IMG/VR virus record: IMGVR_UViG_3300033273_000833
Span: 1 to 64,000 of that record
From: a virus
Taxonomy: Duplodnaviria > Caudoviricetes
DNA length: 64,000 bases
Reading direction: 5' to 3' (one strand)
The notes beneath the pieces are model-generated. The model made no database searches. It was given only the letters and a program-made list of their open reading frames with translations, and had not been told where the DNA came from. This document shows, in pieces, positions 28,533-38,000 of this stretch; the stretch's first letter is position 1, and every line of letters starts with the position of its first letter. Made by a program: the position numbers and the translations under genes.

Positions 28533-30986
28533 ATGGAAATAAAGGTTAAGAAAAGAAACGGTAGACTAGAAAATTTTGAAGTAGAAAAAATAAACGCAAG
28601 CGCTCAGAGAGCATGTGAAAACATCACAGACGTATCTCCGAGTGAAATTATACTCGACGCACAATTACAATTATATGACAAAATAACAACAGCAGAAATA
28701 GATAAAGCTCTAATACTCTCAGCAAGAGAAAAGATAGAAAAAGAGCCAAATTACTCATTCGCAGCAGCCCAACTGTTATTGAATACTGTATACAAGGAAG
28801 TATTTAAAGAAGGAGTAGATTCAGACACATTTAAACTACAATATAGAAAGAATTTTATACAAAACACAAAAAGATTAGTAAAACTAAATAGATTAGACAA
28901 AAGGCTATTAGAATTTGACTTGGTAAAACTATCTGAATCTCTAAAAATTAGAAGAGACAAGCAATTTAAATATTTAGGGATACAGATACTTACCGATAGA
29001 TATTTTATTAGGTCTGATAATAAAATCATGGAAGCTCCTCAATCCTTTTGGATGAGAGTCGCTATGGGTTTATCTCTAAACGAAGAAAATAAAAATGAAA
29101 AAGCAATTGAATTTTATGACTTAATAAGTCAAATGTTGTATACTCCATCAACCCCAACTTTATTTAATAGTGGAACAACACATTCACAACTTAGCTCCTG
29201 TTATCTTAATACTTTTGATGATAGTATTGATGGTATCTTTGACGGTGCTTGGCAGGAAGCTAGAAAATCAAAATACGCTGGTGGGCTTGGCCTTGATGTT
29301 ACCCCTTTTCGTTCTACAGGTTCTCATATTCAGGGAACTAATGGTATCTCTAGTGGCCTTGTACCATGGCTTAAGATATACAACGATCTTTTGGTGGCTG
29401 TAAATCAAGGCGGAAAGCGCCCAGGAGCTGGCTGCGCTTACTTAGAACCCTGGCATTTAGATTTTGAAGATTTTCTAAATTTAAGAAGGAATACAGGGGA
29501 CGATAGACTGCGTTGTCATGACATGAACACTGCTTCTTGGGTTCCAGATGAATTCATGCGTAGAGTAAAGAATGAAGACGCTTGGTATTTCTTTGATCCA
29601 AAAGATACTGAAGATGAGAATGGAAAAACCCTTCACGATCTTTTTGGAGAGGAGTTTGATAATCGATACGACGAGCTATGTAAAGCAGCAGACGCAGGTT
29701 CAATTAAAAATTATCGAATAATTCCTGCGAAAGAATTGTGGAAAAAAATGCTCAAAGTATTATTCGAAACATCACACCCATGGAATACCTTTAAAGATCC
29801 ATGTAATATTCGATACACAAATCAACACCAAGGAGCAGTTCGAAGCTCTAATCTTTGTACAGAAATCACACTCCACACAAAATCCTCAAAATATAAAAGC
29901 GGAGAAAAGACGGAGGTTGGCGAAACAGCTGTATGTAACCTAGGTTCAGTTAACTTAAGGAATCATTTAACTGAGAAAACGGCTCATGGTTCATCAAGTT
30001 ATGCGATTGATTACAAAAAATTAGAATCAACAATCCACACAGCAATTAGGATTTTAGATAACGTAATTGATTTAAATTTTTACCCAACCAAAGAAGCTCA
30101 AAACTCAAACTTTAAACATCGACCAATCGGACTAGGAATGATGGGTTTACATGACATCCTACATATGCTAGAGATTCAAATCGATAGTGACGAAGCTGTT
30201 AAATTTAATGATAAACTTTTTGAATTCTACTCCTGTCATGCTATTTATGCTAGTTCAAAACTAGCTAAAGAAAAAGGTTCTTATCAAAGTTATGAAGGGT
30301 CGTTATGGAGTCAAAATATACTACCGATTGATTCTTTTAATAATTTAATGTTATACAGGAAAAATAAAACAAAAGGATCTGAGACTCTAAAGGAGTGGGA
30401 TCAAGTAAGAAAACATATAAATGAATTTGGTATGCGCAATTCCAATGTTATGGCCATCGCTCCAACAGCTACTATTGGCTACATTAACGGGATAGAACAA
30501 AGCATAGAACCTAATTTTTCTGTTCTTTTTGTTTACGAAAATAAAAGTGGAAACTTTTTTATAACTAATGAACATTTTGTGAAAGATATGAAAAATAGAG
30601 ATTTATGGTCTACCGAAATGGCAACACTAGTTAAAGATGTTGACGGAGACTTATCGCTTTTAACAGAAGTAATACCTGACGAATTAAAAAATAAATACAA
30701 AACAGCATTTGACAGAGATATGTTTAAACTAATTAAATGCAACTCCGTTCGCCAAAAATGGATAGACCAGGCAGTCAGCTTCAATCTTTACAACAAAACC
30801 ACATCCTTAAAGTATTTAAATGATATTTATACAGCAAGCTGGGAATCTGGATTAAAAACCACATACTATTTGAGGAATAGAGCTGCAAGTAAAGTTGAGA
30901 AATCCACATCCCCAGAAGAGCAGGCTCCCTCAGCTTGCAGTATTGAAGCAATGAAGAACGGAGAAACATGTGAAAGCTGTCAATAG
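28533..30986 (+). CDS. nrdA: Ribonucleotide reductase class I alpha subunit with N-terminal ATP cone
   Basis: VKKRNG cone, TPTLFN, QLSSC, SNLCTEI, VCNLGS, APTA, TTYYLR and a C-terminal CESCQ tail; no intein. Confidence 0.97.
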   Translation: MEIKVKKRNGRLENFEVEKINASAQRACENITDVSPSEIILDAQLQLYDKITTAEIDKALILSAREKIEKEPNYSFAAAQLLLNTVYKEVFKEGVDSDTFKLQYRKNFIQNTKRLVKLNRLDKRLLEFDLVKLSESLKIRRDKQFKYLGIQILTDRYFIRSDNKIMEAPQSFWMRVAMGLSLNEENKNEKAIEFYDLISQMLYTPSTPTLFNSGTTHSQLSSCYLNTFDDSIDGIFDGAWQEARKSKYAGGLGLDVTPFRSTGSHIQGTNGISSGLVPWLKIYNDLLVAVNQGGKRPGAGCAYLEPWHLDFEDFLNLRRNTGDDRLRCHDMNTASWVPDEFMRRVKNEDAWYFFDPKDTEDENGKTLHDLFGEEFDNRYDELCKAADAGSIKNYRIIPAKELWKKMLKVLFETSHPWNTFKDPCNIRYTNQHQGAVRSSNLCTEITLHTKSSKYKSGEKTEVGETAVCNLGSVNLRNHLTEKTAHGSSSYAIDYKKLESTIHTAIRILDNVIDLNFYPTKEAQNSNFKHRPIGLGMMGLHDILHMLEIQIDSDEAVKFNDKLFEFYSCHAIYASSKLAKEKGSYQSYEGSLWSQNILPIDSFNNLMLYRKNKTKGSETLKEWDQVRKHINEFGMRNSNVMAIAPTATIGYINGIEQSIEPNFSVLFVYENKSGNFFITNEHFVKDMKNRDLWSTEMATLVKDVDGDLSLLTEVIPDELKNKYKTAFDRDMFKLIKCNSVRQKWIDQAVSFNLYNKTTSLKYLNDIYTASWESGLKTTYYLRNRAASKVEKSTSPEEQAPSACSIEAMKNGETCESCQ

Positions 30987-31000
30987 AAATAACTTTCAGA

Positions 31001-31417
31001 ATGAATAAAAAAATACAGGCAGCTGGCGTCGGAATAACACACAAGGGAAGCGTTTTATTAGCTAAAAGGATAGAAAAGTACAAAGGAAAGCCTGTCCCAT
31101 ACCCAGGGTATTGGTCTATTTTTACTGGCACAGTAGATGACGGAGAGTCTTTGGTTGACTGTGCAGCAAGAGAATTAATGGAAGAATCTCAAATTAAATT
31201 AGATCCAAAAACTTTCGTATTTATAAAAACCATATCAAGAGAAGATACAGATCTATCAGTATTCTTTGTGGAATCCGACGAACTATTAGTACCTATATTA
31301 AATGAAGAAAGCATGGGATACGGATGGTTCTCTATAAATAGTTTAGATAGTTTTACTGAAAAACTTGACGATGAAATACTAAACTCAATCAAAACTTGGC
31401 ATAGTAAATGCAAATAG
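31001..31417 (+). CDS. Nudix hydrolase
   Basis: GTVDDGESLVDCAARELMEES Nudix box. Confidence 0.9.
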   Translation: MNKKIQAAGVGITHKGSVLLAKRIEKYKGKPVPYPGYWSIFTGTVDDGESLVDCAARELMEESQIKLDPKTFVFIKTISREDTDLSVFFVESDELLVPILNEESMGYGWFSINSLDSFTEKLDDEILNSIKTWHSKCK

Positions 31418-31487
31418 TATATTAGGTTGCTCAATTAAGAGGGCCTCGAGTGCCAAAAGGTCTCGAATAATAAAAGGAATAAAAAAT

Positions 31488-31964
31488 ATGTCACAGTTAA
31501 ATAAAGGAACGGGTAGCTCCTTAACGAGCCCAATAACTAGAGAAGAAATATTCAGCCCAATAGAATCTTTTTTAGATTCTTTTTTTAATGATTCTTTCTC
31601 GGCTTTATCTAATTCATCAGGTATTTCTGTGTACGATAAATACAGTTATCCGAAAGTTGATATTATACAAAATGAAAAAGATATGTTAATCGAAGCAGAA
31701 ATCCCTGGATTATCCAAGGAAGATGTATCAGTTGAGCTAGAGAAAAATATCCTAACGATATCAGGCGTATCCAGAAAAGATAAGTCTTCAGATAAAACAA
31801 ATTACATACGCAGAGAAATAAAACGCTCTTCTTTTAAAAGATCATTCACAATATCTGATTCTTTAAATAAAGAAAAAATTAAAGCTGATTTTAAAGATGG
31901 AATATTAAATATTACTATACCTAAAAATAAACCAGACTCTGTAAAAAAATTGAAAATATTATAA
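31488..31964 (+). CDS. Small heat-shock protein (Hsp20 / alpha-crystallin)
   Basis: YPKVDI, AEIPGLSKEDV, SFKRSF, ADFKDGILNITIPK motifs. Confidence 0.95.
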   Translation: MSQLNKGTGSSLTSPITREEIFSPIESFLDSFFNDSFSALSNSSGISVYDKYSYPKVDIIQNEKDMLIEAEIPGLSKEDVSVELEKNILTISGVSRKDKSSDKTNYIRREIKRSSFKRSFTISDSLNKEKIKADFKDGILNITIPKNKPDSVKKLKIL

Positions 31965-31971
31965 ATTTAAA

Positions 31972-32000
31972 TTGACTTTTTTTTATCTTCATGTTACTCT
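31972..32000 (+). promoter_or_regulatory. Sigma70-like promoter (extended -10), leaderless
   Basis: TTGACT-17-TACTCT preceded by TG; ATG 32007 is 7 nt downstream. Confidence 0.6.
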
Positions 32001-32006
32001 TATAAT

Positions 32007-33125
32007 ATGAAGTTAATAAATGTAGTATTATTTTTTGTTTCAGCTCAACTAGCTTTTTCTTTTGCTCCAAGCTCTCTTAAGGACGCAACATTTGAAGTAG
32101 TTGGCGACTATACGTACTTACATTTACTTCACCCAGATTATTTTGATGCAGCGCTTTACGGCACCAAGTCTAAATACTCTATAAAATTTAAGAAAAATAA
32201 TCAAGCAGTCTTATTCGAAGAAGGATTAAACACAGCTACATATGAATATTATTACAAAAAAAATAGTGATACGTCCGCCTCCTTAACTATTGAAACTACA
32301 TACAGCACAACAATTTTAGTAAACTTAACCTTTTCTTCTGATTCTTCAGGTACAGGCAGTTATACAGAAACTCATATTTCTAATGAAGTATGGTCTAGAA
32401 GTAATTTATCTTTTACATTTACGCAGCTCCTTGATCTAAATAATCCAAACAATTGGTATTTGTTCGGAGGTTACTGGCACCAGCCATCTACGAACACCTA
32501 CGTAACTCCTTCGAAATTTGGTAACGGTGCTGGTTATATAAAAGAGGGAGAAAGGAAGATAATTAACGATACTACTATACCTGCAGATCATTTAAGGTGG
32601 TTTAAATTTGCAAACAAATACTACTGGCAACAAGCTAATAATATTTTTATTACGATTTCTGATTTCACTCAAGGTAACTTTGATAACGTATTCAAACTAT
32701 CTAACGAAGAAATCGATCAAATAGTCGCGGAAGATACTTCTTGGTATAAGTTTGGACGTGAGTATTATAACCCCAAAATGAATATCACAGTGCTAGATAC
32801 GGATGTAGATAACTCTGAATACGCTGACGAAATTAAAACGTATTTTAGCAATGAACCTCGATCTCCATATTATGGATATAAGTCACAAAAATCAGATCAG
32901 GAAGTCATTGCTGACCCATCATACACGCCGATACAAAATAACGCAGGATTCTTTCTTAGTGATGGTTGGATTTTTTCTCCTAAACATGGTTGGATTTTCA
33001 CAAACTCTACCATTTACCCTTATTTCTATCTCAATAAAACCAACTCTTGGTACTGCTATAAGATGGAAGAGGGCTCATCAATGGTATATGATTACAAGTT
33101 AAACAACTGGATCTTTGATTTTTAA
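32007..33125 (+). CDS. Secreted protein with signal peptide and Trp/Tyr-rich C-terminus
   Basis: MKLINVVLFFVSAQLAFS signal-like N-terminus; DGWIFSPKHGWIF...YPYFY...SWY aromatic repeats. Confidence 0.7.
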   Translation: MKLINVVLFFVSAQLAFSFAPSSLKDATFEVVGDYTYLHLLHPDYFDAALYGTKSKYSIKFKKNNQAVLFEEGLNTATYEYYYKKNSDTSASLTIETTYSTTILVNLTFSSDSSGTGSYTETHISNEVWSRSNLSFTFTQLLDLNNPNNWYLFGGYWHQPSTNTYVTPSKFGNGAGYIKEGERKIINDTTIPADHLRWFKFANKYYWQQANNIFITISDFTQGNFDNVFKLSNEEIDQIVAEDTSWYKFGREYYNPKMNITVLDTDVDNSEYADEIKTYFSNEPRSPYYGYKSQKSDQEVIADPSYTPIQNNAGFFLSDGWIFSPKHGWIFTNSTIYPYFYLNKTNSWYCYKMEEGSSMVYDYKLNNWIFDF

Positions 33126-33134
33126 ATACAATAA

Positions 33135-33140
33135 GTGTAA
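33135..33140 (+). promoter_or_regulatory. GTGTAA motif
   Basis: 9 nt upstream of ATG 33149, heading the operon that contains the giant gene. Confidence 0.65.
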
Positions 33141-33148
33141 TATTCTAT

Positions 33149-34300
33149 ATGAGTATTGCGCGATTTAGTGATCTTCCAGAAAAAAATAATCCATCAACAG
33201 GAGATTATGTTGTAGGTTATGAAAAATCTTCATTTATGGATGAAAAGAAGTATTCAATAAAAGAATTATTCTCTTTATACTCCTCACTAGATCAAGAAAT
33301 CTCAGGTAAGCGAATTTTTCATAATATTGAATACGCTGGAGGTCTTACTATCGACGATATTTCAGGCGTAGATAAACAAGTTTCAAAAATCGTCAAACAA
33401 ACCCCTATAGAATTTATTGGCGAAGCGGATGGTTTTACGACTCCTAGAGCTTGGATAAATGAAATACATTACGATAATAGATGCGTAGACATAAAAGAGT
33501 TCGTAGAAGTCTGTGGGCATACAGGTCTAGACCCAAGAAGATTAACCATTATACATTATAAGTCAGATGGGTACATGTACCAAACCCATCAATTTTGCGA
33601 AAAAGATGGATGCGTCGATCCAGAGCCTTTTGCTTACACGCTAACAGGAACATCATTTGAAAACGTTGTCGGGGACTTTGGTTTTGAAGCAGCGCCAATG
33701 TCTGGGATATCTAATGATACTGACTATGGTTTTGCTTTAGTTTATGACTACCAAGAAACTGGAGAAAGAGTCTTGCAATTAATAAGTTATGAAGGTAGTG
33801 GTCAACAAATTTCTTTTGTAGCAAAAGACGGCCCTGCGTCAGGGATGAGATCCCACGACATTATAGCTATCCAAGACCCAGATGTTCAAGAAATTTTATG
33901 CGAAGAATTAAGAACTCTTCAGCTTTTTGGCACAGGTAATAGATATTCTGATTTTGAATGGAGATTCCCAACAGAGCATCAATTAGAAACAAGCGGATAC
34001 TTAAACCACGATCAAGGATTCAAAACTATAGATGGAGATAAAGATCGGCTACCTTTTGAATCAAGGCTTGGAGTTAACACAAAAAACCCCTTAGATACAT
34101 TACATGTTAAAGGGGGGATCACAGCAGAGGGTAATTTATTAATTTATGGCCCCGACTCAGGACATTATGGACAACACAGAAAAACTCTAGTTAGAATTGA
34201 AAACCTACCTTCAGAACAAGACTTTCATAATATACCACCAAACACGCTATATAGAAGTGGACATCATTTAATGGTAAAACCAACAGACTTAAGAGACTAA
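33149..34300 (+). CDS. Putative virion protein containing a lamin-tail-like (LTD) domain
   Basis: RFSDLP...GDYVVG fibre-type N-terminus; WINEIHYDN...EFVEV...LQLISYEG...DGPASG...DI matches LTD-like domains of secreted nucleases; LGVNTKNPLDTLHVKG fibre motif. Confidence 0.6.
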   Translation: MSIARFSDLPEKNNPSTGDYVVGYEKSSFMDEKKYSIKELFSLYSSLDQEISGKRIFHNIEYAGGLTIDDISGVDKQVSKIVKQTPIEFIGEADGFTTPRAWINEIHYDNRCVDIKEFVEVCGHTGLDPRRLTIIHYKSDGYMYQTHQFCEKDGCVDPEPFAYTLTGTSFENVVGDFGFEAAPMSGISNDTDYGFALVYDYQETGERVLQLISYEGSGQQISFVAKDGPASGMRSHDIIAIQDPDVQEILCEELRTLQLFGTGNRYSDFEWRFPTEHQLETSGYLNHDQGFKTIDGDKDRLPFESRLGVNTKNPLDTLHVKGGITAEGNLLIYGPDSGHYGQHRKTLVRIENLPSEQDFHNIPPNTLYRSGHHLMVKPTDLRD

Positions 34301-34301
34301 A

Positions 34302-34736
34302 ATGGGACCAATACTAAATACAATAATAGGAGCGGGAATAAAAATAGGAGTTAACCTTATTAACGCTTGGTTAATGCAAAAGCATCAAGCTCAAATGTTG
34401 ATGGCGGCGAGAGACCAAGCTTTAGTAGAAGCGTTACTTAAAAATCAATCAGAACAAGCTAAAGATCCTTTTGTTAAAGTAACTAGAAGGGTTTTATTCA
34501 TGAGTATAACATTCACTATGTGCTTTCTGATGATTTACTACGCCTTAAACCCTGGAATTTCATATGATGTAATAGTACCTAAAGGTGATGGAGCTAGATG
34601 GAGTATTTTTTCTTGGATTTTTGGTGGAAAAGAATGGGAGATGGTTCAGATGACAGGAGGGCTACTTTTAAGTTCTTTTTTTGATCTTTGTTTTATGGTT
34701 GTGGGTTTTTATGCAGTACCCAGTAAAATGAGATGA
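34302..34736 (+). CDS. Holin-like membrane protein
   Basis: 144 aa, amphipathic N-terminus and two hydrophobic segments (VLFMSITFTMCFLMIYYAL; LLLSSFFDLCFMVVGFYAV). Confidence 0.5.
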   Translation: MGPILNTIIGAGIKIGVNLINAWLMQKHQAQMLMAARDQALVEALLKNQSEQAKDPFVKVTRRVLFMSITFTMCFLMIYYALNPGISYDVIVPKGDGARWSIFSWIFGGKEWEMVQMTGGLLLSSFFDLCFMVVGFYAVPSKMR

Positions 34737-35032
34737 AATACTTAATACTAATAACACTACTTTTATCATCTTGTTTTTCAGCTAATATAAAAAACAGTAA
34801 AAATTACATTAAAGATGAGACTATAACTTTAGAAACAATAGACACAAACCGAGACGGCAATTTATCTATATCAGAAATTAATTCATTTAAGAGACAATCA
34901 ACATCAAACAAATCAGATCCATTCAAGATATTTTTAGTTTTAATTAGTTTAGTTTTATTAATATCATCGTCTCCTTATGTAATAAATTCAATTAAGAATA
35001 AGTATGTCTCTAAGAATAAACAGAAGGAATAA
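34733..35032 (+). CDS. Lipoprotein with EF-hand and C-terminal TM helix (unimolecular-spanin-like topology)
   Basis: Lipobox LSSC (C14); DTNRDGNLSISE EF-hand loop (residues 37-48); hydrophobic 66-84; basic tail. Confidence 0.6.
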   Translation: MKYLILITLLLSSCFSANIKNSKNYIKDETITLETIDTNRDGNLSISEINSFKRQSTSNKSDPFKIFLVLISLVLLISSSPYVINSIKNKYVSKNKQKE

Positions 35033-38000
35033 TTTTCTAGAGATCAAAGAGGGTTCTAATTTAAAAATATTCAGAGCCCCAACTAGAGACCCCAATCAAA
35101 TCCCTGATCATGATTTTGCATACCACTTAGGCTATCATAATGGAAACAATTATGGCCTATCATCAAACCCACAATTTCATGTTAATTCTGACAGCGAATA
35201 CTATAGCAGCTCTGCGCTAAAATTTAATGGCACTGAATTTTTAGAGAGTAAAGAAATTAATCTATTAAACAAAAACAGTTTTTCTATTTCTACATGGGTC
35301 AACACAGAATCAGAGTTAGAAGAATTCCTAGTAACTGATGTAGATTCGTCAGGCGACGGTTCATTTTATTTAAAATCTAATAACGCCAGCGGTAGGCCAG
35401 AATTTGGAATATATAATGGAGTTAATGAGTTTGCATATGTAACTGGAAATAGTGGCATAAATGATGGTGATTGGCATCTAATTAACATTAATTTTAGCTG
35501 CGATAAACCAAACGAAGAAGTTTCTATAGAATTATACATAGATTCTTTTCTTCAAGAATCAAAATCTCTTAGCGGGATTCTTCATTTAGATTCTTTGTCT
35601 GGTAACGGCTTATGGGAAACAAGAAAACTTGAGGCTTCAAAATTAACAGACGACGATCAAACTTCATACATAGAAATGACTAACAGTCAAGAAGAATCAG
35701 ATCTGTATTTCGCTGAACCAATCACTGGAGGGATAGATAAAATAAGGTATCGAGCCATCAATGACGAAGCTAACTTTGGGGAAATCAAAACCTCATTAAT
35801 ATTAAAAAATAAAGACACGTCAGAAATTTCGACATGGGAACTCCAATCTTTCAAAAGCTCCAACTTTGATAACCAAAAAGCAATCAGCAACCCAACCCCT
35901 TTATATTTTGGACAAACTCCATTTCCACCACCCATACCAGAAAAAGGAATATCTTACGGCCCAGTAGAAAGCGTCTTCACCGCAGGCTGCCCATCAGAAT
36001 GCTTGTCGTATGATAATAGTTTGAAAACTTGGTTTCCAATACAGGATTACAGCATTTCATCGCCTCATGCAAGTAGAGTTATTATAAATATCCCCACAAT
36101 AAAACAATATGTATATGCTGGAAGCCCAAAAATTACAATCCAAGCAGGCGGAGTTTTTACGATTTACAGCAGCCACATAAACTCAAGCACAACTTTAAAC
36201 GTTATCTTTCTACCAATTGGATCCACCCCAAGCCTGACAGTAAACGAAACAACTAATACCATAGATATATCATACCCAAAAAGAAATTCATATTTTAGTT
36301 CAACAGATCCAGCCCTAGTAGATATACTAAACTTTATTAATAATCAAGATAACTTTACAGCAACAACAACAGCTACGACTTACTATAAAAATCAACCCAT
36401 GCGTGGATTAAATGACGGATCATACCAAGCAACAGATGAAACTGAATCCACAAACCCACAAGCCCATTATCCACTAAGAGCTGAAGACGCAAGAGATTAC
36501 GAAACAAACAGCTCTGGCGACGTCATCAACCACGAAGAGCAATATATATACGCAAACTTCAACACCTGGCAAACTGAAGCTCCCTTTCTATATGGACACG
36601 ATTGGGACTCGGCAAACTTTACAAACTACGAAATACTAGGTATTCGCTATCATTACAGCTCAGAACTATCAAATAGCTCAACAAATGGGATGACATTTTC
36701 AAGAATCATTGAATTTGGACTATACTTAAATAACACAGAATATGATTTATGGACATTTCTTCCCCTCAATAACTTTTCAGGATTAACTTCCAATATAAAC
36801 AATCAAAATAATTTCACAATAGGATCGTCTTCTTCAAATAACAAAGAAAAGTTTTATAAAGGAGAAATAGATCAATTAATTATTTTTGATAAAACAATCT
36901 CTCAAGATGAAATAAATTTTTTATATAATAATAATAGAGATAATGTATCGTACTCGAAAGAGCTAGCTGAAGACATGAAGGTAATTTCTTGGTATGACTT
37001 TGCTAATTCCGAAATTGTTGGATGGGACAGGCATTATAGAAAATCAGAAAAAAATGTAGCAAGACTTTATCACCTAAACAACACCAGAAAAGACTCAAGT
37101 TCATATGCAGTATTGCCTGAAGAATTTGGCGATATACAATATTCTAATGATGTTTTTAAGTTTTCTGATTATTCTGCATATTTCGACGGAGAAACTTATT
37201 TATTCGACGAAGGAGGTAAAGAACTTTCTTTTCATGGGAATTTTACAATAGATGTTTTCTTAAATTTTGCTCAAATACCAGGCGCAGACAGACAGGAGTT
37301 ATTAAGAACAAATCATTTCAAAAAAACAGGAACAAGTTTAAGTATTTATTTCCAAAACAATAGGTTATATTTCGACATGTATTTAGGTCTCAAGCAATTC
37401 ATGTTTATAGAAAGTAATGAGCTAGATATTTCTACTGACATTTTTTTTCATGTCGCAATATGTAGAGACAGGGAAAATGTTTATCTATTTTTTGATCGAA
37501 AGATTTGCGGACAAGCATCATTCCCATATTACCTACCAATTGATAACGCTTCAGAAGGTTTATATATTTTTAATGAATTTAATGGGTATGCTCAAGATTT
37601 CAGAATTATTACCGAAGCTTGTTTATATCAACCTGAAAAAGATATTGATGAGTTTACCAATAGGCTTAGTTCCGAATTTTATGAAAGAAACATTTTAACC
37701 ACTACATCACACTATCCAATAACTAAAAAAGTAGAATTTAATGATAGTGACGGCATATACATACCGTCAAAACATTTCATCGAAACCGCTCATGACCACA
37801 AAGCGTTTAATTTTCATAAAAACAGTTTCTCAATAATTGGCTGGTTCAGATTAGAAAACTTAATTAAATCTGGCTTCATATTAGGCTCCTGGAACGACGA
37901 AGGGGGAAACAGTCATAGTTACGCAATTAGGTACGTTAAAAACTTCAGAGACCAAGTAAACACTTTGGTGTTTCTCGCATCTGAAGATGGTACTAACTTT

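Noticed and set aside
31430-31456. CIRCE (HrcA) operator upstream of hsp20
   Set aside because: GAGTGCCAA matches the right arm, but the sequence 9 nt upstream (CTCAATTAA) does not match TTAGCACTC.
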